Shown here: positions 1 to 9,532 of the stretch, piece by piece
Position numbering within the stretch: position 1 is the stretch's first letter
How the letters are laid out: every line of letters begins with the position of its first letter
Source: Trichomonas gallinae
Taxonomy: Eukaryota
Direction: 5' to 3'
DNA: 39,663 nucleotides
Assembly: GCA_008369845.1 (NCBI GenBank)
Contig: MRSU01006387.1
Span: 1 to 39,663 of the forward strand
Notes under the pieces: generated by a model
What the model saw: only the letters and a program-made list of their open reading frames with translations
Told to the model about the DNA's origin: nothing
The model's database searches: none
Position numbers and translations under genes: made by a program

Positions 1-55
1 AGGTAAAGGATAACAGAATGGTAAGCGAAAAAAAGCATGGGAAGGGGAGTTGCAT
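1..55 (-). CDS. Possible 5' end of a gene running off the left edge (MQLPFPCFFSLTILLSFT..., or MLFFAYHSVILY... from an alternative ATG at 38)
   Basis: AAAAATG context on the minus strand, Inr-like TCACT about 15 nt upstream, hydrophobic signal-like translation, both frames open to the window edge; it would share a ~60-bp divergent promoter with the next gene. Confidence 0.35.
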   Translation of the reverse strand, partial: MQLPFPCFFSLTILLSFT

Positions 56-94
56 TTTTGCACGAAAAAGTGAGTGGCTCCAAAAAAATTTAAA

Positions 95-102
95 AAAGTG
101 AC
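95..102 (+). promoter_or_regulatory. AAAGTGAC element 12 nt upstream of ATG (trichomonad core-promoter motif M2 as I recall it)
   Basis: Exact octamer just before ATG 115; the same octamer occurs at 20347-20354 and 37932-37939. Confidence 0.5.
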
Positions 103-114
103 ATAATATTTTTG

Positions 115-2535
115 ATGTCATTTAATTTTAATAAATTGTTTTCTGTTGTTTCTCCTGAGGGGCCCAGATGTGCTGCCGCTAAGTATATTTCTGATATTGA
201 GAGTGATAGAAATACGATTTTGCGAATGTTGCAGATAAGAAACATAAATGATCTTAATGCACCAAAATTATTATCAGGTATTGATAGGAGAGGTGTAACT
301 AAGACATGCTTGGGATATTTGACAAGTATATTGATTTCTATTCGCGACCAAAATATTTTATTAAATATTTACCCAATTATATTTAAAGGAGACTTGGCTG
401 CCTACGGAAAAGAAGCATTCAATATGGCATCCGCTATATACGAAAGATCTTATAATGAACTGACTTTTGACGCATCTAAGAATTTTAAATCTTTATATAA
501 ATACATTTCAGCGATGCAAACAGCAGAATCTCGCATGTGGCAGTATACTTTACTCACATACATACTATATTCTATCGATAATGGAATGTTTACAGATATA
601 AATTTACAAAGTATTACATTTATCTCAAATGAATTCAAAAAATATCCACATCTTTACGAACAGCAATACTGTCAACTTGGTATCATTTTCGTCTACAAAT
701 TGCTTCGATTTTATCAAGATTTGATTTTAATCCTCAATTTACCGTTTGCTCGCGAACCAACCGAAGAAACAGTAAAAACAAAGCGAATTGCAGAAGATAT
801 CGCATCGAAATTGACTCAATTTACAACAGATTTATTTACACATTTTTCAAAAGAGATAATGGCGACAATTCCTAAGGAAATCCTGCGCGTTCTCTATGAT
901 CCACGCTCATATTTACGCTTAAAAGCCAAATTCGAGGCAATTTACAAATTTGTTGAATCTCAGAGAAGTTTTTCCGACCAAAACTGTTTCACTAATACCA
1001 GCATCACGATGCATTTCATTAGCTACAGACTTTACAGACATTTGTTCCAAGTTTTCATGGAAATTCATCAAAAAAATGCAGATGAAATTATGAAAGAGTT
1101 TAATAGAGAATTCGCACCGAGAACGGAACTCTATGACATAGATCTGATTGCTGCTGATATTTCGCGCGCTTTATCGCAGAATCATAATTTTTCGAAAGAT
1201 TCTTTTTATTGTGCAAAATTCTTGCAGTTAGTATTGAACAAAATGATTCGAATTTACACAGACCAAACTGGTTCTGAGCCAAAACCTGTTGTTAAAGGAT
1301 CGGTTACATTTGATTCATTTATCAACGCTATTTTCACAGATATATTGTTTTGCCCATCTGCTGTTACAGTATCACGCGATTTCATGAGGCCATTTTATGT
1401 CCCTTTCCATATTTTCTTTACGAATGAAAATTTTCAGTCCAAATTCGCTGAAGTTATCGCTCAGCGTTTAATGAATGCAGATTATCAGTCATTAAAACGC
1501 CGAAGCTTCTCAACGTTGACTCATATCTATGAAAATGTCATGGATCCGCCAAATGATTTCAAACAAAGAATTCAAGCCATTCCTAAGTCTCAAATCAACG
1601 AAAAGCACTTCAGAGAGCTCATAAATGCAACAGCAACAGTAGAAAACCGCTCAATTCCTGAATCGATTACAAATTATGCAAAATCAGGCAAAATCATTAA
1701 CAGTGTTGAAGGAACTCCAGTACTTCAACAGGCTGCTGCAATTTTGGAGCCAATTGTTGAAGAAATTCGTCAAAGCAAAAAGATTTCACAAGATAGCGCA
1801 AATATAATTGTTACAATCTATGTAGGAATGAGTGGAAATACCATTGAGCAGGTTCCTTTCTTATTTGAAAAACTTCCATATATTTCATCATTTATCTACG
1901 CGACAAAGTTCGAAAATATTAGTCCAGTTTTCCTTACTTGGACGATAAGAGCTCAGTTATACGATGAATTCAACGAAATATCGACAATTTTCGCGAAAGA
2001 ATCCAAAATCTTGGAAAATTGCTTAGTTTCTATTATTAAAGAGAACATTCACCCATGGAAGAACTTGGTCTCAAAGTGCGCGCTATTTAGACAGAGTTCA
2101 TTCGTTCTAACAACGATTTGCTTCTATTCATCTATTTCTGTTGTTCAAGATTTAGTCGACGAAGGGGAGAAATATGATGTCATGAACCTGCTAATCACAG
2201 CAGGCAAGCAGAACTGGCACCCAGACGCATGCTTCAACCTTGTGACTCTTCTAAGAACATGCTTCCTCGTTATTTCCGATTTTCTAGACAATTTTTCATT
2301 CTTCGAGGCACATTTGAATGAAATTCCTCCATTTGCCATGAACTTCTTTGAGAACCAGATAAAGCTGATGGGCGTCTCGGAAATGATGATGGAACTCATC
2401 AAGAAACTGAACCAAGCAAATCAAGACTGCGCTGCTTGGTCGAAAAAGCTTTACGGCATTCTTTCTGCCAACAGGAGATCGGCAAATCCATCGCCAGCGA
2501 TGTCTCCTCTCAGTTCTCCAGTCCTAATGATCTAG
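115..2535 (+). CDS. Hypothetical 806-aa protein, probably alpha-helical solenoid, with a Ser-Pro-rich C-terminal tail
   Basis: Long uninterrupted ORF; first ATG at 115 (track starts at TTG 112); no recognised motif. Confidence 0.85.
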   Translation: MSFNFNKLFSVVSPEGPRCAAAKYISDIESDRNTILRMLQIRNINDLNAPKLLSGIDRRGVTKTCLGYLTSILISIRDQNILLNIYPIIFKGDLAAYGKEAFNMASAIYERSYNELTFDASKNFKSLYKYISAMQTAESRMWQYTLLTYILYSIDNGMFTDINLQSITFISNEFKKYPHLYEQQYCQLGIIFVYKLLRFYQDLILILNLPFAREPTEETVKTKRIAEDIASKLTQFTTDLFTHFSKEIMATIPKEILRVLYDPRSYLRLKAKFEAIYKFVESQRSFSDQNCFTNTSITMHFISYRLYRHLFQVFMEIHQKNADEIMKEFNREFAPRTELYDIDLIAADISRALSQNHNFSKDSFYCAKFLQLVLNKMIRIYTDQTGSEPKPVVKGSVTFDSFINAIFTDILFCPSAVTVSRDFMRPFYVPFHIFFTNENFQSKFAEVIAQRLMNADYQSLKRRSFSTLTHIYENVMDPPNDFKQRIQAIPKSQINEKHFRELINATATVENRSIPESITNYAKSGKIINSVEGTPVLQQAAAILEPIVEEIRQSKKISQDSANIIVTIYVGMSGNTIEQVPFLFEKLPYISSFIYATKFENISPVFLTWTIRAQLYDEFNEISTIFAKESKILENCLVSIIKENIHPWKNLVSKCALFRQSSFVLTTICFYSSISVVQDLVDEGEKYDVMNLLITAGKQNWHPDACFNLVTLLRTCFLVISDFLDNFSFFEAHLNEIPPFAMNFFENQIKLMGVSEMMMELIKKLNQANQDCAAWSKKLYGILSANRRSANPSPAMSPLSSPVLMI

Positions 2536-2799
2536 AAATTTATAGATTTTGTTGTATTATTAAATATATTAGAGATTGATTTAAGTTTTCATATGAATGA
2601 TATAATAACTGCTGTAGTTAGTTATAGCCTAATCATATATTTTTATTCACTCGAATACATTTCATCTTGTTAATTTCATGGTAAAATTTGATGTAAATAT
2701 TTGTTGTGTAGATGTTTGCATTTGAAAATATGATAAGGCAGAAAACGAAGCAAGAAATCACACAAGAAAAATAGGATAGGTTTTCAGATACAGAGTCGA

Positions 2800-2830
2800 T
2801 GTTTTAGAGACTGCAGGAGTCTCTAAAACA
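2800..2830. repeat. Perfect 13-bp inverted repeat (hairpin)
   Basis: TGTTTTAGAGACT-gcagg-AGTCTCTAAAACA; arms are exact reverse complements. Confidence 0.9.
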
Positions 2831-3354
2831 GTTCTCCGTCTTATTCCAATAGAATTATTCATTAAATATTAATAGCATATATGATTCCAAGAAAATAATT
2901 CACAATATTAATTGAGTTGCTGTTAACACTGATGCAAAAGCAAAGATAGTTAAACTACATTAGCTATAAATATACGTATGAATAATAATGAGTCAATCAT
3001 AAAACATAAGAGATATGATTCAAAAATATATTTGTTATTCATCACTATTCATTCCATGATATTTGAATCAAATAATGGCATAATAGCATAGTTTAATCAA
3101 TAATTAATCCATAAAACATTATATTTTTATAATTTCGTATTAATACAATCTCATTATATTTATCGATTGACAAATCCATCAAAATGCACAGAAAGTATGG
3201 TTTTATATTAACAGATCTTAAACTACTTCAAAAAAATTATGAGAAATATAATTTTCGAATATGTGACTTATTTCAATCGAAAGTTTAGAAGAAGTTAGTA
3301 TTAATATATCATGTAAAAAAAGAGTACTAAAAATAAAAAATAAAATAAAAAATC

Positions 3355-3948
3355 TTAGCAGCATCCGCCCTTCTGATCCTTCTTTTCATTCTTTGGATCT
3401 AACACAGTATTGCCATAGAACACCGGCTGAACCTCTTCTTGGGTTGTTTCTGGAGTATTAACAACCTTAGCGATTTCTTGGAAGAGATCCTCAACGCCGT
3501 TACCATTAAGAGCAGATGTTCTGAAGAACTGTACACCACGCTCATCAGCGAACTGAAGAGCCTTTTCTATTGAAACTACTTCATCCAAGTCGGACTTATT
3601 AGCGACAAGGAAGACGTTCGGTACGCCGACATTCTTCTGCATGTGGTCAATCCACTGTGCTGTGCTATCGAAACTCGATTGCTCGTTCTGTGCGAAAACT
3701 ACCAAAGCAACTTGAGCGCATCTTGCGTACATTGGAACTAAACACTTGAAATCATCCTGTCCGGCTGTATCCCAGATGTTCAATGTAACGTTTTCGCCTG
3801 TTGCTTCTAATGTTACATTGCATGTGATCGAATTTGCGCCGACTGTTGGTGCGACATCAATCGAATGTTTGTTGAAGCAGTTGACGATGGCTGTTTTACC
3901 GACAGATGTATCTCCAACAAGAACAACTTTACCTTTAAGTGTTGACAT
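3355..3948 (-). CDS. Rab family small GTPase (197 aa), lineage-specific type
   Basis: GDTSVGKT P-loop, PTVGA switch I, WDTAGQ, NKSD, RTSAL, C-terminal GGCC prenylation motif; ATG at 3948 (MSTLKGKVVLVGD). Confidence 0.96.
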   Translation of the reverse strand: MSTLKGKVVLVGDTSVGKTAIVNCFNKHSIDVAPTVGANSITCNVTLEATGENVTLNIWDTAGQDDFKCLVPMYARCAQVALVVFAQNEQSSFDSTAQWIDHMQKNVGVPNVFLVANKSDLDEVVSIEKALQFADERGVQFFRTSALNGNGVEDLFQEIAKVVNTPETTQEEVQPVFYGNTVLDPKNEKKDQKGGCC

Positions 3949-3957
3949 ATCGAAAAT

Positions 3958-3962
3958 AATGA
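3958..3962 (-). promoter_or_regulatory. Initiator element TCATT of the Rab gene
   Basis: TCATT 9 nt upstream of the ATG, matching the trichomonad Inr TCAYW in sequence and position. Confidence 0.65.
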
Positions 3963-4558
3963 TTCCAGCGGTTTTGACATTCACCGGTTTATTAAACAAT
4001 TATCGATCATTACATGTCAAAAATTTTGGCAAAATGTGAAAAATTTCCATCAAATTTTTATCAAAACATAATCTTCATTATATTACATATCTATTCATTA
4101 CATTAATCATGAAAACAAATATATTTTGATTATATATTTTATACAATCCCAGATCCGTTTCATTCCTTATTTTATCATACTTTTAATATTTGTAAACTAT
4201 TGAAAAAGTCAAAAAGATGTTTATATGAATCTGATTTTGATTTTTTATTATTTATTTATAATCGCAGTGATAAATAGCTACAACATTCATAACACATTGC
4301 AAAAGTTTAATTCGTAATATCTTGAAATTTCATCAAAACTAGGAGAGAAGTGTTTTATCCATAACTCTCAAAAGCATTGTCATTCTCATCAAACGATGAC
4401 ACGTTCGGCTACACTACATGGGAAGAATTGATGTTATGATGTTTTGGTTGAAAAACAATATTGTCTGGAGAGGAATTGACGAGATTGTTCTTTTACCATT
4501 GATATATATTCAATATACTGTGAGAAAACTTCATAATGATCATAAATTGAAGCATAAT

Positions 4559-5290
4559 TCAATCCTTTATTAACATCCTATAAACATGAACAACATAATA
4601 AGCAGAAATCAAATATGACGGCAATGGTTTGATGATTTGTGTTGCTTCAGCCTCACTAGTTGGACTATGTGAAGTAGCAAATTTGAAAATGTTGATTTTT
4701 GGCCATTCATTCGTAACATCTTTAAATTCAGGCGCGATTAATAGTGTTGTACGGAGAGAATTGATTTCTGTAATCGTAGCTGCAGCATTTACAGCAATTA
4801 AAGGAGATTTATCGCGAAGTAAGATTGTTAAGAATGGAATGTGATTGAATTTCTGAATAGAATAAGAATAGAATAAGGAGATGCGTGAAATGCTTTAAGA
4901 ATTGAGAGTGCAACTGCTTTTCTGAAAAATGGATCTTGATGAGCTGCACCATGTATAATTATTTGCATCATTTGATCGATTGATGTGTCTTTAATAAGTA
5001 AACTTGCTTGTTTTACTGCAGAAGCAGCAATAATCCGATTTGCATTATTAATATCCATTTCTATGATTTGATTCGTTTAATTAAGTGTCATCGGATGTGT
5101 ATTTGGATAAGATGTAATTGCGTATTCTGATTGCATTCACATTAGAAGGAATCACAGTCGAGCAGTTCTCTCCTCGATTTTCCATCTTTCGCTTGAAGCT
5201 TTTCAAACAGCATCTAGGCTGGCTGGCTTAGCATTACCGGAATGGAATATGAGTATAAATACCCTGTAGAGGTCTTCAGTCCTCATTCAT
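4559..5290 (-). pseudogene. Beta-adaptin (AP complex beta subunit, Adaptin_N) pseudogene
   Basis: Successive frame-shifted pieces: MENRGENCSTVIPSNVNAI; DINNANRIIAASAVK...HQDPFFRKAVALSILKAF; LLRDKSPLIAVNAAATITEIN...NEWPKINIFKFATSHSPTSEAEATQII. These are collinear with AP-1/2 beta motifs (GKDVSSLFPDVV; DPYVRKTAA; DSNPMVVANAVAALSEI; EWGQIFIL..YNPKDDREAQSI). Stops, frameshifts and deletions are present; ends approximate. Confidence 0.8.
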
Positions 5291-5857
5291 ATGCAAATTT
5301 CGTAGGTTATGCGCATGTATTGTAACAGTATTTATTCTTACATACTTTCTCAATGAATGAGCAAGTGTACTGCTATATTGCAAACAATGAGCGTGAATAG
5401 GAGTTTGCGCTACATTATCCTGAATAATTTATCGAATTTTATGATAAAAGGGTATACTTTGAGTATTTCTTCGTATATCAGTTAATTAACCCCTGTTTAT
5501 CCATAATTCTTCACTACAAACTGTTTTGTAGTTTAATTTTCCTCAAAATATTATTAATTATATCAAAACAGTACATTTACAAGTGGTAAATACATCGAAA
5601 ACTCTACAAAACGCACCATTTTGTCATCAAGTTTTAAAATACTAATAATTTTTATGATAGCGAATCGTTTCAAACATGAAGTTTGAGTAAGTTTATCTTC
5701 CTTCAATTTTTTGTGCTTTAATGTCTGCCCGGCATGCTTAATGATAAATTTATGATTTACAGACAGAATTGAGAAAATCACAGGCAACTATTGATGATCT
5801 TAACTACAAACTTTAGATTAATCTGAAAATACTTGAGGAATCCGAGAAATGAATTTG

Positions 5858-7327
5858 TCAATTGCCACTTATTGAAAAGACAAAGCCACCTGAAGGGATG
5901 CATTCCTCATCATCAGAAACATCATCTGCATCTGATCCTATTCCATCCTCTAATGTCTTCAAAAACTTTTCGCAAGCCTCTACTAAACTTTCTTTTTGTG
6001 GATAATTATCGATCATTTCATAGAAGAAATCATTATCAATATCATATTCTTCTAATTTGGCCAATATTATTCCTTTATCAAGACCCAATATGTCTGCATT
6101 AAAGATTACAATGTTTAGAGCACCTGTGATTGCTTCTACATCTTTTGGATTTTGCGCTGATAATATTTCAAGCATTTTATCGAGCAAATCATGATGATCG
6201 TAAAGATAAAGCGTAGCATCTTTTGGCAATCTGTTGAATGTCTCGTGGAACAAAAATGCAATAGCTGATTTCGCATCATGAGAATAAAATTCAATTTCTG
6301 ATTCCAATATTCCAAAAGGTAGGTATGGATTAGCAATAGCTTTGTTTTGTATCAGCTTAGCTATTGATATTAATATTGGCTCAATTGTATCCGGGTATAT
6401 ATCTAATGTTGCATGAAGACAATCAATTAAATTTAATCCTTCGACTTCTTCTCTCGAAATACCTTTATTATCAAAGAGGTAGCTGAAAATATAAACGATT
6501 TGCAGAGATATTGATGAAGGAAGCTCATGATCGTCTGAATTTCTTCCGATTTCCTGCATAGCGCCTAAAACATTGAGAAAAACATGAATATTGTCGAAAA
6601 ACATGTTAGGCAGTATATTGTTCTTTGCAGCATTTAACAACGGCCTGAGAATAAATCCTAGAAGTTCAATTGATATGTTTGGAATAGTAAAGAAGATGTA
6701 TTTAATGAACTCTTGCTGGAAATTCAATGGAAGCTGTGTAAGTTCGTATTTGTAGCACATTTCGAGAAAATAATAAAAATATTCATAAAATGGATCTAAT
6801 TCATGATTTTCTTCTGTTGGCAGAGGCAAATTTCGTGTTTTCTCCCATATTTTATCGACAATTCCCGCAGAAATAATTTGTGCAAGATTTTTTTCGTGTT
6901 TTTTTATTGCAAAAGCACAAATTTTCAGTATTTCTATCGATTGCTCAATGGTTGTAGAGCTTTCAACCCATCCTGATAAAACAGGAAAGAATTCATAAAT
7001 TAGATCATCGAATTCGTCACAGTCAACGATATCTGAAATGACTGAAAAACCTAGTAAAACTGTATCTGGATATTCAAAGTTAATATTTTGAACTATTTTG
7101 GTAACAATTTGATTATCAAAAATATATTTAATGGCAATTTGGTCATCATTATCGAGCAAATTATTTAATGCATCTAAAGCTTGACTATATTGGTGTATAT
7201 CTGGCGAGTCTATATTATTTCGAATTAGATCTTGCATAGCATGGATCTCCAAAGATGCATCATCTTCATTTTCTATTTTCGACTCATCTTCTTGTGTCTC
7301 TTTGAGCTGTTCATCTTTGTAATCCAT
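5858..7327 (-). CDS. Hypothetical acidic ARM/HEAT-like protein (489 aa)
   Basis: Long ORF; MDYKDE start, amphipathic helices such as LAQIISAGIVDKI reminiscent of armadillo repeats, acidic tail. Confidence 0.85.
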   Translation of the reverse strand: MDYKDEQLKETQEDESKIENEDDASLEIHAMQDLIRNNIDSPDIHQYSQALDALNNLLDNDDQIAIKYIFDNQIVTKIVQNINFEYPDTVLLGFSVISDIVDCDEFDDLIYEFFPVLSGWVESSTTIEQSIEILKICAFAIKKHEKNLAQIISAGIVDKIWEKTRNLPLPTEENHELDPFYEYFYYFLEMCYKYELTQLPLNFQQEFIKYIFFTIPNISIELLGFILRPLLNAAKNNILPNMFFDNIHVFLNVLGAMQEIGRNSDDHELPSSISLQIVYIFSYLFDNKGISREEVEGLNLIDCLHATLDIYPDTIEPILISIAKLIQNKAIANPYLPFGILESEIEFYSHDAKSAIAFLFHETFNRLPKDATLYLYDHHDLLDKMLEILSAQNPKDVEAITGALNIVIFNADILGLDKGIILAKLEEYDIDNDFFYEMIDNYPQKESLVEACEKFLKTLEDGIGSDADDVSDDEECIPSGGFVFSISGN

Positions 7328-7364
7328 GATATTATAAAATAATATTGGCTGTCAGAAAATATTA

Positions 7365-7491
7365 TTTATATGTCAAAAATTTAGTAATATAGGCGAAATT
7401 CAGGTTTTTGACATGTAAAATAGTATTTATTTATCAAAAATGATTCAAAAATTACAAATATGACAAGTAAACTATAATTTATATGTCAAAA
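7365..7491. promoter_or_regulatory. Cluster of four TGACA(T/A)(G/A)TAAA-type motifs in a 202-bp divergent intergenic region
   Basis: TTTATATGTCAAAA 7365, TTTTGACATGTAAA 7406, TGACAAGTAAA 7461, TTTATATGTCAAAA 7478. Confidence 0.6.
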
Positions 7492-7529
7492 AGTCAGGTA
7501 AATCAGTCAAAAAACTAATTTTTGTCAAT

Positions 7530-8909
7530 ATGCACTCGATAGTGAAGAGAAAGGAAAAATCAGTATCAGAAAGTATATTGGAACACCGTAATAGGGATAG
7601 TGGCCAAGATGATGACGGAACTCAAGCTACAAAAGAAATGGTCGTTGAAGCCTTTGAACAATTATCTTCAACACAAAATTTCGCACAAGCTATACAAATA
7701 ATTGATTCTTATTACTCTAATTATAAATTCAGACGTGATGACATCGCAATGATTCCAAATTTACTCAATTATCTATTTCCAGAATTTTGTTCTGATGTTG
7801 AAATAAGAAACAAAGCAGCTCATTCTCTTTCTCGAATACTATCTGATGATGATTTATACTATTATTTGATTTACTCCAATAATTTACATGAAAGAATTTA
7901 CAATAATCTTCCTGAAGAAGGTGCCATGCTTTTGATGACAGATTTCTTATATTTTGATTCTAGGAAACGTCATCACGACTCCAATTTTCATGCTGTCTTT
8001 GATTTTTGCATTCAACATAAATTTATTCAAAATATCATCGAAATATTGAACAATTTAACTCCAGAACTTATGGATAGGATGGATGACTTAATTACTGTTC
8101 TCTCACATTATAATTCAGAGGAAGATATTCCATTAATTCTTCCATTCGTCGATAAAGTTGTTGAAATCTTTCTTGCATCACAAAACCTAGATATAATAGA
8201 GCGTTTGCTCAAATCAATTGCAAAATTTCAAATAGAAGTGCAAAATTATACCAAAAAGTACATTCAAAATGAACAATTTTTCAGTCTATTACTATCTATA
8301 CCAGAAGAAGCCGTTTCGCCGCTGAAAGCTGTATTTTCTTATTTTGGTAAAATATTTGAAAAAGTTTCTTCGCCTTTAGATGCAACCCACCTACACCAGC
8401 TTTTAGAATTCACAGTAAAATTCATTAATGCCGAAAATCCTTTTTGTGGTGATGCTTGTTACCTTTTATCGGAATTGCTTCGAAATTCGAGGTCAGATGA
8501 GCAAACATTCTCACTAGGGTTAATCAAAAATGGTCTATTCCAGCATGTAATCCAAATCTCACAAGAACCTCTACCATTTAAAATTAAGAAAGATATTATT
8601 GATGCTGTTTTGGCTTTTATTGACGTTACAAGAGATGTAGAAGCTATGGAGTATATGCTCAACTTTGGTGTCTTAGATTGCATTGAAATTGCAATTGATT
8701 CAATGCGTGAATACATTCCACAGTTTTTTGATGCATTTTACAGAATCTTAGAAGTTGCTGAAGCAAACCACCAAGAAGACTGGATTAGCACAATATTCGA
8801 CAACGACACATTTATAGAGCTTTTCTATAATTATGAAACATATGACGAGGATGAGGCAGATATACTTAATATGATTCTTAATTTCGATCCATATAAAGAT
8901 GAACGTTAA
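7530..8909 (+). CDS. Hypothetical acidic ARM-like protein (459 aa)
   Basis: Long ORF; segment LIKNGLFQHVIQISQEPLPFKIKKDIIDAV...YMLNFGVLDCI resembles C-terminal importin-alpha-type ARM repeats. Confidence 0.85.
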   Translation: MHSIVKRKEKSVSESILEHRNRDSGQDDDGTQATKEMVVEAFEQLSSTQNFAQAIQIIDSYYSNYKFRRDDIAMIPNLLNYLFPEFCSDVEIRNKAAHSLSRILSDDDLYYYLIYSNNLHERIYNNLPEEGAMLLMTDFLYFDSRKRHHDSNFHAVFDFCIQHKFIQNIIEILNNLTPELMDRMDDLITVLSHYNSEEDIPLILPFVDKVVEIFLASQNLDIIERLLKSIAKFQIEVQNYTKKYIQNEQFFSLLLSIPEEAVSPLKAVFSYFGKIFEKVSSPLDATHLHQLLEFTVKFINAENPFCGDACYLLSELLRNSRSDEQTFSLGLIKNGLFQHVIQISQEPLPFKIKKDIIDAVLAFIDVTRDVEAMEYMLNFGVLDCIEIAIDSMREYIPQFFDAFYRILEVAEANHQEDWISTIFDNDTFIELFYNYETYDEDEADILNMILNFDPYKDER

Positions 8910-9532
8910 TAAAAGTTGTTTGTTGTATTCTTGAATTATAGATAATAAAAATAATAATGATTACTCTATGCAATTTGCAGGAGATTAATTAACACCATAA
9001 TAATTTCACTTTTCACTAAAATATATGCCATCAAAACATCGAGAAAGGCGATTTTTTTAAAAAAGTCGAGATTCATAACATTTTGACAAAAAGTGTCATT
9101 ATCTGACATGTAAATTATACAAAATTCTAATAAATCTGACAATCCGTCATGTATAATCAATATCCTAACTTTCTTTCGTTATTTTAACCATGACATCGAG
9201 TATTTAGCATCGCATGAATATATAAAATAATTATGTCCTTGGAAAATATGATGTTATCGATTAAAACACTGCTGATATTTGTAATTTAAAAGTATATTGC
9301 ATATAAAGTGCAGGAACTTTGAAGATATGGGAGATATGGTCAAACATAGTAATCTATAAAGTTGATGACAGTTGAATGGTATGACGTTGAAATCCGTAAT
9401 TATTTACATGTCAAAACGGTTCAACTTGAATAGTTTACGAATCAGTTTTCTCTTACAAATTTAGTTTACAAAACAGAATTTCATTTCAATTACTGTTTAC
9501 AAATTATTTGTCAGTTTTTTTATTCCTATTTT

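Noticed and set aside
2801..2809. GTTTTAGAG resembles the start of a type II-A CRISPR repeat
   Set aside because: Only 9 nt, no array, no cas genes, eukaryotic context; it is one arm of a local hairpin
5513..5532. Small hairpin ACTACAAA-ctgt-TTTGTAGT (and a near-palindrome at 29115-29133)
   Set aside because: Short AT-rich stems expected by chance
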